A stretch of DNA of 64,000 nucleotides, taken from Eledone cirrhosa. Its lineage: Eukaryota. The stretch lies in NCBI GenBank assembly GCA_964016885.1, contig OZ024752.1, positions 20,026,001-20,090,000 on the forward strand. Direction: 5' to 3'. Below are positions 28,101-39,420 of the stretch, piece by piece; position 1 is the first letter of the stretch; the number at the start of each line of letters is the position of its first letter. Made by a program: the position numbers and the translations under genes. The notes beneath the pieces are model-generated. The model did not search any database, was not told the DNA's origin, and worked only from the letters and a program-made list of their open reading frames with translations.

Positions 28101-28846
28101 CATTCTTAAGCTTAGGCTTGGCTGTCCCATTATGCTAATACCGAACTTGCATCTACCACAGCAGTGCAACGGTACTCGAATGGTCGTCAAGTCACTGACG
28201 CCCCACTCTATTGAGGCCACCATTTTAACGGGGTGCGGGAGAGGGGAGAATGTTTTCATTCCAAGGATGAACCTTTTCCCCTTGGCGTCAGATAACCCGT
28301 TCGATTTCCAGCGATCGCAATTCCCGGTGAGACCATGTTTTGCCATGTCCATTAACATGTCACAAGGGCAAACATTGTCGGTGGCGGGCAGCCATTTGGG
28401 GGAGCCATGCTTCTCCCATGGCCAACTTTATGTTGCCTGTTCCCGCGTAGGGAGCAGGAATGAACTTTTTGCTTACACTCCTCAAGGGATGACACGCAAT
28501 ATCGTCTACAAAGAGGTGCTATAGATGTTGGTGCAGGTGTTGGAGGTGTTGGAGCTATGCCGTCTGGAAAACTATTTACTGGTAGGGTCACCATGGCGGA
28601 CAGATCTGACACCCAGCGGCATCAGGGCCACCATCTTGCAACTTTGGTCTACTAAATTCGCTATTGGAAGATTATTAACCCATCATTGATTGTCCAAAAT
28701 GCTAATTGGTTCGTAACTTTTAATAACCGGTTCAACTGCTTTATGCACTTAACTGATAAGCTTATTCGCTTTCAAGCCACGTTTACCTGTATGTAACTTT
28801 TCATAGCAAATGAACAAACCCGAGCAACGCCAGGCTAAACTGCTAG
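25155..28846 (+). mobile_element. Helitron, copy 2 (head-to-tail with copy 1)
   Basis: Starts TCTATATATATATAAAGCTGAGG immediately after the CTAG of copy 1; ends with hairpin + CTAG. Confidence 0.95.
25698..28524 (+). pseudogene. Helitron RepHel pseudogene; helicase frame 26902-28524 is uninterrupted
   Basis: HUH motif, SIKYICKYVNEG (Rep motif III), Walker A DTPGCTGKT, helicase motifs to HGQLYVACSRV; Rep part is frameshifted and lacks its N-terminus. Confidence 0.95.
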
Positions 28847-28849
28847 TAA

Positions 28850-29898
28850 TCTACTTATATATATAACCAGCAATTTCTCTGTCTGTCTGTCCGACAGTGG
28901 AAACACGTGCGTAGAGAGAGAGTGAGAGTGAAAGGAAGAGACAGACTACGAGAGGGGGATAGCGAGAGGGAGAGAGAGAGAGTGAATAGACGCTAAAACA
29001 CGTGCTACAGAAATATTACCTTCCCCTTCCTTTCTCCACTTTGGTACTACCAAGAGAAACACTGTCGCTATAGAAACATTACCTTCCCCTCTCCACTGAC
29101 TTTGGTCACTGAGGCCGAGGGAATCGCTGGTTGCTATAGAGACACCTTGCACAAGCCAGAAGTAACCAGTTCGAGGCGGTTCTGACTTAACACCATGCGA
29201 AGAAGGTTGCCATTGAATTTGTGGCTGTTGCTGCTGATAATAAGGACCATTTGAAGAAGGTTGCCATTGAATTTGTGGTTTGAAGAAGGTTGCCATTGAA
29301 TTTGTGGTTGTTGCTGCTGATAATAAGGACCATTTGAAGAAGGTTGCTGCTGGTGAGGTAATTTATTAATCAGATTGCGCAGTTCCATAACCTACGTTTG
29401 ATTTGTTCAATTTTTTTCTTCAATTTTTTTTTTTGTTTTTTTTTTATTTCTTATTGAAAAAATATAAATAATAAAATAAGTTTAGACATTTAAATACAAT
29501 TAAATACGATTTAATTTCCATTTCCAGCAGCCAATGTCCAGTGTTGAATTTCATGAAAAAATTGGAAATAATTCAAAAAATTGAAGTTTAACTTTTGAAC
29601 ATTTGTTTTGACAATAAAAAAATATTTCCTTATTCACACCTAATGGTATGATTAAAATTTCATCGGAATGTTTTTTTCTAACCGCCAGTTATTTATTTTC
29701 TCCTTTTTCGTTTTAACATATATTTATTTCAAAGATTTCACCGTATAGAAAACATATATATTTATACATTCATAAAAGACACACCGAGAGACGGTGAACA
29801 TGTGGTGCCGAAAACATTTCTCATCCAAATCTCAACAATATCAGTATATACACTAGATTTGCTAGCAGAAAACCGCCCATCGGGTGGTTTTCTGCTAG
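28850..29898 (+). mobile_element. Non-autonomous Helitron 3
   Basis: TCTACTTATATATATAA 5' end; 3' hairpin ending CTAG; internal 54-bp repeats. Confidence 0.75.
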
Positions 29899-30711
29899 TC
29901 TATATATATAAAACAGAGGATGTCTGTCTGTGTGTCTGTTTCCCTAAACCTCGAGAAGTACCCAACCGTTTTTTCAAACTTTACACATGTAACCCGTATG
30001 GCCCCGGAAGTGTTTTGAGCAAAAGAAATTTCAAATTTCCAATGCCTTAGGGACCGCATTAGGCGATTTAGCGATCTCTTTCTCTTAGACTTTCTCTTTT
30101 TAGATAGATACATAGATATGACGTCGCGCCTTCATAATATCTGTCTGTATGCCTGACTGTCTGCATTACGTCATTATGATGCGATCAGTGTGTGTGTGTA
30201 TATATATTCTTATGCCAGGGAACGTCTTCACGAACCAAAGTATCGTCTTCCTGTTTTCCAGATTGATTTTTTTAGTTTAAGAAGATCCCGTTAAGGTTGA
30301 AAGCAGCGATTCTTTGCTTAAACATTAATATGTTATTTTAATATAGATATTCGTGTACAGATATTTTTGCATACACAAAAACAAAATATAAACAAACAAG
30401 GCCAAAGATTACATCAGTTAGTCTTAGTGTACTTTATACTGCTTTTAGCTAGAATATCCCGTTAAGGGTGAAAGCAGCGATTCATTTTCTGCGTTCACAG
30501 ATTGATTTTTTTAGTTTTAGAAGATCCCGTTAAGTATGAAAGCAGTGATTATATGTATATAATTATATATTCATGGACAGATATTTTTGCATACACAATA
30601 ACAAAATATAAACAAACGTATTTATTTCACGAGGCTCGATAAGGATAAATATATATCAAATATATAAGAACTCTAGAGCAAATCCCGAGCAACGCCGGGC
30701 CATTCTGCTAG
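29899..30711 (+). mobile_element. Non-autonomous Helitron 4 (contains hammerhead-family fragments)
   Basis: TCTATATATATAAAACAGAGG ... cccgagcaacgccggg-cattctg-CTAG. Confidence 0.9.
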
Positions 30712-31622
30712 TCTATATATATATAAAACTGAGGATGCCTGTGTGTGTGTGAGTTCGAATCCCTAAAACTCGAGAACCACCAAACCGACTGTTTTCAAAC
30801 TTTACACATGTAATACTTATGTTTCAGGGAGTGTTCTGAGCAAAAGAAATTTCAAATTTTCAATGCCCTAGGGACCGCATTAGGCGATTTAGCGATCTCT
30901 CTCTATAATTCTTAGCCTTTCTCTTTTTAGATAGATACATACATATAACGTCGCGCCCTTATAATATCTCTCTGCGTGTCTGCATTACGTCACTTCCTCG
31001 AGGATGTCTGTCTGTGTGTGTGTGTCTGTGAGTTTGAATCCCTAAAACTCGAGAAGTACCCAACCGATATTTTTCAAACTTTACATTGTATTACTTATGT
31101 TTCAATGAATGTTATGCACATTAAAAAATTCAACTTTTTTATCTCCTAGGGCCCGCATTAGGTGAAAAACTGCGTTTTTAAAGATTTTTAGGGTCTTTTT
31201 GAGACGTTACGTCAGACCGATTTCCTGGAAATTGTAACTATGTATTAGTCAGTCTCTTCTTCATACCGTAAGCAAAGAAAATCCAACTTTCTTATGGCCT
31301 AAGGCCCACATTAGGTGAAAAACTTCATTTTTTCAGCTTCTTAGGGCTTTTTGGAGGCGTTACGTCTAGTCGATTTTTCCCGAAATTTCAAGGCATATTA
31401 TGCTCATAAAAAAAATTCATTTTCTTGATCCCCTAGGGCCTGCATTAGGTGAAAACCTGCATTTTTCCTGCTTCATCGAGGAAAATCTTAAAGATTATCC
31501 AGCCAGTATTTGGTTAATTTTCTTTACATATTGTCCAGGCATGCAGTTTTTCCACGATTAGGTCTGTTGGCGGCCCGCGTTCCAAAATACCTTATCCCAT
31601 GTAACGCTGGGTACCACTGCTA

Positions 31623-31623
<1 letters not shown>
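30712..31623 (+). mobile_element. Non-autonomous Helitron 5
   Basis: TCTATATATATATAAAACTGAGG ... cccatgtaacgctggg-taccactg-CTAG|T; 5' 270 bp related to Helitron 4 and internally re-duplicated. Confidence 0.9.
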
Positions 31624-31660
<37 letters not shown>

Positions 31661-31940
31661 TAAATCATGTCCTTAGAATTATTAGATAAAATATATACTA
31701 TTTCCTCTCCCAATTAGCATAATTAACCATATAAAAAATCAATTAGACCAGGCTATAAGAATAAAGGCTTCTATGAAGAAATATTTGATAAATAACCGAA
31801 AGCAGCCTCTTCGCGGTTGACCACAATAGAGTATTTACCCAACATTTCAACAGCATGTAGAAACTGACCAAATATACCGTCAACCATACACAATTAGGTA
31901 TAAATTTAAAGTTAGAAGAAATGCATACATACCGTAATTA

Positions 31941-32019
31941 TATCCCTACCATGGGTTCGTTCGTATTTTGAGACATCCTATTAAGGATAAATCTCAAGTA
32001 TCGAACTCATCAGGAGACA
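31941..32019 (-). ncRNA. Type I hammerhead fold with long stem II and one core substitution (GAAC)
   Basis: Minus strand tgtctc-CTGATGA-gttcg..ttgaga..atcct/aggat..tctcaa..cgaac-GAAC-ccatgg-TA-gggata; lies in a (TA)n-flanked segment 31660-32110. Confidence 0.65.
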
Positions 32020-32120
32020 AACTCAATGGGACAGTTAATTTTCCAAAGCGATCCCGCCAGAAATAGATTTAAAAAATGGCTAAGAATCGTGACGTGGCAG
32101 TGGTCAAGTTAGAAAGAATG

Positions 32121-32156
<36 letters not shown>

Positions 32157-32357
32157 ACGAAGGAAAAGTGGTAAGGAACCAGATGGACCATAACGCACCA
32201 AAGTACTCAATACTTAGGGTAGTAGAGTGGGTAGTAGGAACAAGTATGACCCCGACGGCAGAGCTCAAGCCGTTTCGACGGCTAATTCTGGATCCAGAAT
32301 TAGCCGTCGAAACGGCTTGAGCTCTGCCGTCGGGGTCATACTTGTTCCTACTACCCA

Positions 32358-32361
<4 letters not shown>
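32157..32361. mobile_element. Fold-back PLE-terminus-like element with 138-bp perfect palindrome
   Basis: 32224-32361 is self-complementary about GGA|TCC with no spacer; microsatellites on both sides. Confidence 0.8.
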
Positions 32362-32432
<71 letters not shown>

Positions 32433-32829
32433 ATATCTATTGAAAAAGTCACAACTTTATATTTTCTTGTGGGAAGTAATGAAATGGCGATAGAGTGACA
32501 AACATGTGCAGCATGGAGTTGCATACATTTATATACATGCATAGGTTTCGGCAAGCTTACTGTATGCATCAGTTGTTGTCATGAGGTTCATATGTTGCCT
32601 TTTTCATTTCGTTTATGATAACAAAACATGTGGAGCAATGATCTTGCATCAAGTGTTGTAAAAAGCTTAGAGTTATCCAAGTGGAAAAAATTTGTAAAAT
32701 TCAATAGGCGTTTGCGACGAGTATTATGTATAACTTCAACAGAAAGAGGTAGAGAATTCTGGCCGGTTTTGGCCGGTTTGAACATTAAAAGGTTAAAGAT
32801 GGCTACACATCAACAGAGAGTGACTATTG

Positions 32830-33890
32830 TTTCAGAAGGTTAACAAGTTTTTATATAAGACAGTTATCAACAAAGTTCAGACTTTGTTAATGGAGGATGG
32901 TTGTTTTATGATGCGGTAAATCAGTGAAAATGTTGGCTGCTGTAAAGATTCTGCACATCAAATTTTTAAAATATATGATATCAAAATCTCATAGATTCAA
33001 TATTATGTGACATAAAGCCTTTTTTGTCAAAATCTAATAGTAAATATAGAGTAATGTAGATAAAGGGTTGAGGAAGATTCAAGTATGTACAGAGCAGCAG
33101 TAAAATTGGTGCCCAAGTTGTTTTTTCAGGAATAACAACTTCTTCATGTGCAGGGATGCTATAAAATAGAGTAAAGACCCTTAAAAGAAGAACTTCACCC
33201 TATTTTATACCATCTCTGAGCATGAGCACATTTTCCTTTATATTAACTCTATATTCTCAGGGCTTAGAGTCAAAGAGACCAGCTAAGTATCTATTAACTA
33301 CACCTTCATTTTGAATTTGCTCAGGACCTGCTGGATACTGCTAACAGGGATCCTGAGTTCCTGAATATCGTGATAACTGAACATGAGACCTGGGTGTATG
33401 GGTATAACCCAGAAACCAAAGCTCAGTCATCACAATGGGAGCATCCAACACTGCTGAGGCCTCAAAAAAATATATCAGATGTGAAGCAAAATCAAGGTGA
33501 TATTAACTGTTTTCTTCAATTACCAGGACATTGTACATCAAAAATACACACCAGAAGGACAAGCAGTTAGAAAAGAGTACTATCAGGAAGATCTCCAATG
33601 TCTTTGTAATGCAGTTCAGCACAATCTGTGGGCCTCACAAAATTGGCAGCTGCATCATAGCAATGCATCAGTTCATTTGTCATAGTTGATCCAAGGTTTC
33701 TTGACAAAGAAAGACATTTTGCTCACTCTCCAGGTTCCCTACTCTCCAGACATGACTACTAACTTATTTGAGAGCTGAAAGGACATCATGTTGACTGCAA
33801 CAGTGGAGCTAAGAGACATTCCACTAGAAACTTTCTAGATGTGCTTCAAGCAGTGGAAGGTTTGTTGGATTATGTGTGTGTGTGAAGGCA
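32830..33890 (+). pseudogene. Decayed mariner transposase, interrupted by MITE fragments
   Basis: KLVPKL, ITEHETWVYGYNPETKAQSSQW, LTVFFNYQDIVH, WQLHHSNASVH and PYSPDM motifs with stops and frameshifts. Confidence 0.88.
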
Positions 33891-33994
33891 CAAAAACTTC
33901 ACCAAATACATAATTTTATTTCCCAGAGAAAGTTGCTTATATTACTAAATCCTTCTAAATACTCTGCAAGCAAAAAAAAAAAAAAACAAACATA

Positions 33995-34277
33995 GATAGT
34001 GTCTTTTATTAGAAATATAGTAATGAAAGGGTTAATGATATAGGCAGTATCTTTCATTAGAAATATAGTAATGAAAGGGTTAATGATATAGGCAGTATCT
34101 TTCATTAGAAATATAGTAATGAAAGGGTTAATGATATAGGCAGTATCTTTCATTAAAAATATAGTAATGAAAGGGTTAATGATATAGGCAGTATCTTTCA
34201 TTAGAAATATGATAATGAAAGGTTTAAGACATACGTAGTGTCTTCTTTCATTCAAAATATGGTAATGGAGGGTTTAA
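33995..34277. repeat. 48-bp tandem repeat (~5-6 units) containing a TTAA-transposon right end
   Basis: Unit includes ttcattagaaatatagtaatgaaagggttaa; compare 51430-51460. Confidence 0.85.
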
Positions 34278-34402
34278 GGTGCTAGAATAGTGATACATAG
34301 TCATGATTTCAAAATTACCAGACATTGTATGTAGCTCTAAGACAAAACACAACTTTGCTTACTCCATTATCATGTCTGACAATAGCTGTCAGATGAGTCA
34401 TT

Positions 34403-34590
34403 AATTGTTTCTACTTTAGGCACAAGGCCAGCAATTACCCAGTGCATTACTGGTACTTTATTTTATCGACCCCGTAAGGATGAAAGGCAAAGTCAACCTC
34501 GGCGGGATTTGAACTCAGATCGTAAAGGGACGTAACTATGCTAGAAAGCATGGCGTCCGACCCTCTAACAATACTGCCAATCCACCGCCT
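34403..34590 (-). mobile_element. Full-length tRNA-derived SINE (degenerate plus-strand copy follows at ~34600-34720)
   Basis: Reverse complement of the 3699-3890 family. Confidence 0.9.
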
Positions 34591-34800
34591 CTATTAATGG
34601 TGGTCAATTGGGTAAAGTCATTAGAGTGCTGGATATTTGTACATCTCTGCATTCTGAGCTCAAATCTCATCTAGATCCACTTTGCTGTTTATCCTTTCAG
34701 AAGGTTGATAAAGTACCAGCCCTCTCCTGGTGCGGCCCTCTTTTCTTCCTGCTGGATGTGACACCATGATGAACTGCTGGATCAAAGGAGGCGGGATTAA

Positions 34801-34974
34801 CCCTTTAACATTTACATTATTCTATATATATTATTGTATTTCACATATTGTTGAATCTATGAGATTTTAATGTCATTCATTTTGAGACCAATACCTTAAT
34901 GTTAGTATGAGTAACAAGTTATGGCCAGTTTGGAGAGGATTCTGGCCGGATACGGCTGGTTTAAATACTAAAGG
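34801..34974 (-). mobile_element. piggyBac-type MITE
   Basis: TTAA|CCCTTTAACA...AAAGGG|TTAA; reverse complement of the 2387 family. Confidence 0.85.
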
Positions 34975-35619
34975 GTTAAGAGGATGTCTGTGGTTGCTCA
35001 CAACTGCTTGGGCACCTAAAGCACTTAACGAAAGCATGATAAATACTACCAAGTCATACTCGATTGAAAATGATGGCTGTAGTTTTTCGTTTTGTTTTGT
35101 TTTGAGCCATTAATAGGTAGTTAGTTATCTACCTGTAGAATAGATATGAGAAAATATAAATCTATTTATAACTTATAGCTATTATGTATAGATTTTAGTT
35201 CAGCCAAATAAAAGTTTATAACAGAGTGTTTTTACAGTCTGCTTTAGATATTCAATTATTCTAGTATCTTAATTACATATTTCCTTAGTTTAAACCATTT
35301 TAGGAGGGGGGGTAGATTGGCAGAGTTGTTAGAGTGTTGGCCAAAAGAGACAATTATTTATACTTAGAGAAGACAGGATTTATAAATAACATGTGCATAT
35401 TATATTTTTAACAAAGTACTTGAAATTGTGAACCTCACTCATAGACACTTCCCACCCTCATTCATGGATTCCTCCAACCCTCACATACAACTCCTGGATA
35501 TATCCCACCATAACCAGTACTACCACCCACCATCACCACCCTCACCAGTACTACCACCCACATCACCACCCTCACCAGTACTAACGTTGAGAATAAATTC
35601 CTGTTGTGGGAACAGAACT

Positions 35620-37420
35620 TAGAATCAAAAGGGTTCAGAGAAAATGTAGCAAAGACTAAAGTTTTATTAAGAAAGAAGACAAGACTCTGATCCCATCAGA
35701 GATGTGGCTGTGTTTAATATGGAGAAAAGGCATGGGTAAGAACTCTATAGAATGTACACAATGTAAGGTATGGGTACACAAGTATGTACACAAGTATGTA
35801 CACAATGAAAGGTATGGCTACACAAGTATGTACACAAGTATGTACACAATGTAAGGTATGGCTACACAAGTATGTACACAATGTAAGGTATGGCTACACA
35901 AGTATGTACACAATGTAAGGTATGGCTACACAAGTATGTACACAATGTAAGGTATGGCTACACAAGTATGTACACAATGTAAGGTATGGCTACACAAGTA
36001 TGTACACAATGTAAGGTATGGTTACACAAGTATGTACACAATGTAAGGTATGGCTACACAAGTATGTACACAATGTAAGGTATGGTTACACAAGTATGTA
36101 CACAATGTAAGGTATGGCTACACGTGTATGTACACAATGTAAGGTATGGGTACACAAGTATGTACACAATGTAAGGTATGGCTACACAAGTATGTACACA
36201 ATGTAAGGTATGGTTACACAAGTATGTACACAATGTAAGGTATGGTTACACAAGTATGTACACAATGTAAGGTATGGATACACAAGTATGTACACAATGT
36301 AAGGTATGGTTACACAAGTATGTACACAATGTAAGGTATGGTTACACAAGTATGTACACAATGTAAGATATGGTTACACAAGTATGTACACAATGTAAGG
36401 TATGGTTACACAAGTATGTACACAATGTAAGGTATGGCTACACGTGTATGTACACAATGTAAGGTATGGCTACACAAGTATGTACACAATGTCAGGTATG
36501 GCTACACGTGTATGTACACAATGTAAGGTATGGGTACACAAGTATGTACACAAGTATGTACACAATGTAAGGTATGGCTACACGTGTATGTACACAATGT
36601 AAGGTATGGCTACACAAGTATGTACACAATGTAAGGTATGGGTACACAAGTATGTACACAATGTAAGGTATGGTTACACAAGTATGTACACAATGTAAGG
36701 TATGGTTACACAAGTATGTACACAATGTAAGGTATGGTTACACAAGTATGTACACAATGTAAGGTATGGTTACACAAGTATGTACACAATGTAAGGTATG
36801 GCTACACGTGTATGTACACAATGTAAGGTATGGGTACACAAGTATGTACACAATGTAAGGTATGGTTACACAAGTATGTACACAATGTAAGGTATGGCTA
36901 CACGTGTATGTACACAATGTAAGGTATGGCTACACAAGTATGTACACAATGTCAGGTATGGCTACACGTGTATGTACACAATGTAAGGTATGGGTACACA
37001 AGTATGTACACAAGTATGTACACAATGTAAGGTATGGCTACACGTGTATGTACACAATGTAAGGTATGGCTACACAAGTATGTACACAATGTAAGGTATG
37101 GGTACACAAGTATGTACACAATGTAAGGTATGGTTACACAAGTATGTACACAATGTAAGGTATGGTTACACAAGTATGTACACAATGTAAGGTATGGTTA
37201 CACAAGTATGTACACAATGTAAGGTATGGCTAACAGAAAAGATAGACTTTGCATGTTGCACAAAAATAAAAGTTAGTAAGAGCATCATTGAAATAAACCT
37301 TTTCCAATCCCAGGAGGGCACCATAGAAGTAGTTGATAGTTTCTGTTACTTCAGTGACTTAATTAGCAGTTGAGAGAGTTGCTTCAAATGCATAGTAGCT
37401 AGAATAAGAACAGGATGGAG
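35620..37420 (+). pseudogene. Ancient RTE ORF fragment split by a minisatellite
   Basis: LESKGFRENVAKTKVL..RKGMGKNSIECTQCKVWVHK before the array; EGTIEVVDSFCYFSDLIS..IVARIRTGWR after it. Confidence 0.85.
35752..37232. repeat. 32-bp minisatellite (~45 units) with a 460-bp higher-order duplication
   Basis: Unit ATGTACACAATGTAAGGTATGG(C/T/G)TACACAAGT; 36402-36725 recurs at 36862-37185. Confidence 0.97.
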
Positions 37421-37426
37421 GTTTAA

Positions 37427-37647
37427 CCCTTTAGCATTTAAATCAGCCATATCCGGCCAGAATTCTCTCACTTCTTTCTGTTCAAGCTGGCTGTAACTGG
37501 CCGTTTATACTGATGTTAAGGTTTTGTTCTCAAAATAAATAATATCAAAATCTCATAGATTCAATATTATGTGAGTTAATTATGTGAAGTAAAGTGTTTA
37601 CCCTGAAAATATAATAGTAAATATAGAGTAATGTAAATACTAAAGGG
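37427..37647 (+). mobile_element. piggyBac-type MITE
   Basis: TTAA|CCCTTTAGCATTTA...TAAATACTAAAGGG. Confidence 0.85.
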
Positions 37648-38596
37648 TGGTCGTGGTGGTGGTAGTTGTGTTGATGGTGGTGGTGGTGGTGGTGGTAGGG
37701 CTGTTGATGGTGGTGGTGGTGGTGGTGGTAGTTGTGTTGATGGTGGTGGTGGTGGTGGTAGGGCTGTTGATGGTGGTGGTGGTGGTGGTGGTAGTTGTGT
37801 TGATGGTGGTGGTGGTGGTGGTAGTTGTGTTGATGGTGGTGGTCGTGGTGGTGGTAGTTGTGTTGATGGTGGTGGTGGTGGTGGTGGTGGTAGGGCTGTT
37901 GGTGGTGGTGGTGGTGGTGGTAGTTGTGTTGATGGTGGTGGTGGTGGTGGTAGTTGTGTTGATGGTGGTGGTGGTAGTTGTGTTGATGGTGGTGGTGGTG
38001 GTAGTTGTGTTGATGGGGATGGTGGTGGTGGTGGTAGTTGTGTTGATGGTGGTGGTGGTAGTTGTGTTGATGGTGGTGGTGGTGGTAGTTGTGTTGATGG
38101 GGATGGTGGTGGTGGTGGTAGTTGTGTTAATGGTGGTGGTGGTAGTTGTGTTCATGGTGGTGGTGGTAGTTGTGTTGATGGTGATGGTGGTGGTGGTAGG
38201 GCTGTTGATGATGGTGGTGGTAGTCGTGTTGATGGTGATGGTGATGGTGGTAGTTGTGTTGATGGTGATGGTGATGGTGATGGTGATGGTGGTAGTTGTG
38301 TTGATGGTGATGGTGGTGGTGGTAGGGATGGTGATGGTGGTGGTGGTAGGGTTGTTGATGGCGGTTGTGGTAGTTGTGTTGATTGTGATGGTGGTGGTGG
38401 TAGGGTTGTTGATGGTGGTGGTTGTGGTAGTTGTGTTGATGGTGATGGTGGTGGTGATGGTGGTGATAGTGGGCGTGATGGTGGTGGTGGTAGTGGTAGT
38501 GGTAACAGTGGTGATGGCAATGACAGTGGTGATGGTGATGATGGTAGTGATGATGATGATGGTGTTAGTGGTAACAGTTGTGATGGTGATGATGAT
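37646..38596. repeat. (GGT)n-based compound microsatellite
   Basis: GGT runs punctuated by AGTTGTGTTGAT; source of the poly-T, poly-V and poly-P ORFs. Confidence 0.95.
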
Positions 38597-38666
38597 ATGT
38601 CTGGCCTGGCCTGGAGGCAGTAGACTACAATAAAGTTAACTTTTCTGTCTTCTCACTCTTATGTAG

Positions 38667-38704
38667 GAAGCTATTTATCATCATCACACTCTAAACAACA
38701 ACAG
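38667..38704 (+). other. Candidate 38-nt micro-exon
   Basis: ttttctgtcttctcactcttatgtag| acceptor and CAG|gtatga donor. Confidence 0.25.
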
Positions 38705-39187
38705 GTATGAACTATTTGAGTGGAATATTCAGGTGTTGCCCAACCTTATCACAGTCTTCTACACCAACAGGTCTGCCAGGTTATTTGGGTGAGATGTCAT
38801 ACCTTGTCCTCTGGTCAAATACTTTTGAACATTTTATTAAAAATATATTTTGGAGATGTATTTTTACATTCTTAAATTTATATTTGATCTATGCACCTGC
38901 CTTTATTGACTGTTGTAATATGTTATATGTTAATTTATTATGATATATGCCTGGCATTATAACTTCCTTATAGCTGCATATTTCTCTATACCAGCATGTT
39001 TTAAAGTTTTTTAATGCTTTTAGCTGCTCATAATTACATTTATGTACTCATATTTTCATATGGTTCTTCTATCTTTGCTTTCCTCTCTTATATCAATATT
39101 AATATCTATTAATATCTATTATTTATGCTTTCTTCCCATATATGGTATCCCCGAAATGTTCTTTGACAAGTTAATATGTGTTTTAAC

Positions 39188-39250
39188 TTTTGATTTATAC
39201 TCTGATGATATCAGCCTTGTGCTTGGATGAAACAATTGTTAGTAATTAAA
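39188..39250 (+). ncRNA. Minimal type I hammerhead ribozyme
   Basis: tact-CTGATGA-t-atc-agc-cttgt-gct-tg-gat-GAAA-caattg-TT-agta; distal stem I tttgat/attaaa; palindromic loop III; ~120 nt upstream of (TA)n. Confidence 0.72.
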
Positions 39251-39364
39251 TGTTATTAAATACTCTTTGATTGTTATTTATAAAGTATTCCGGCTCTATA
39301 TTATATTTGTTATGTTACATTGAGCTACTCTCATATTTGTAATTGGATAATATTTAAAATTACC

Positions 39365-39395
<31 letters not shown>

Positions 39396-39420
39396 CATAT
39401 ATATACATATATATATATAT

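Noticed and set aside
26902-28524. Host PIF1 helicase gene
   Set aside because: Intronless, preceded by HUH Rep remnants and enclosed by Helitron TC...CTAG termini.
31765-31810. Additional hammerhead (atgaaga...ccgaaagc)
   Set aside because: Core lacks the C and stems I/III are not convincing.
37640-38633. Mucin-like poly-Thr, poly-Pro and poly-Val ORFs
   Set aside because: Microsatellite is open in several frames; no gene structure.
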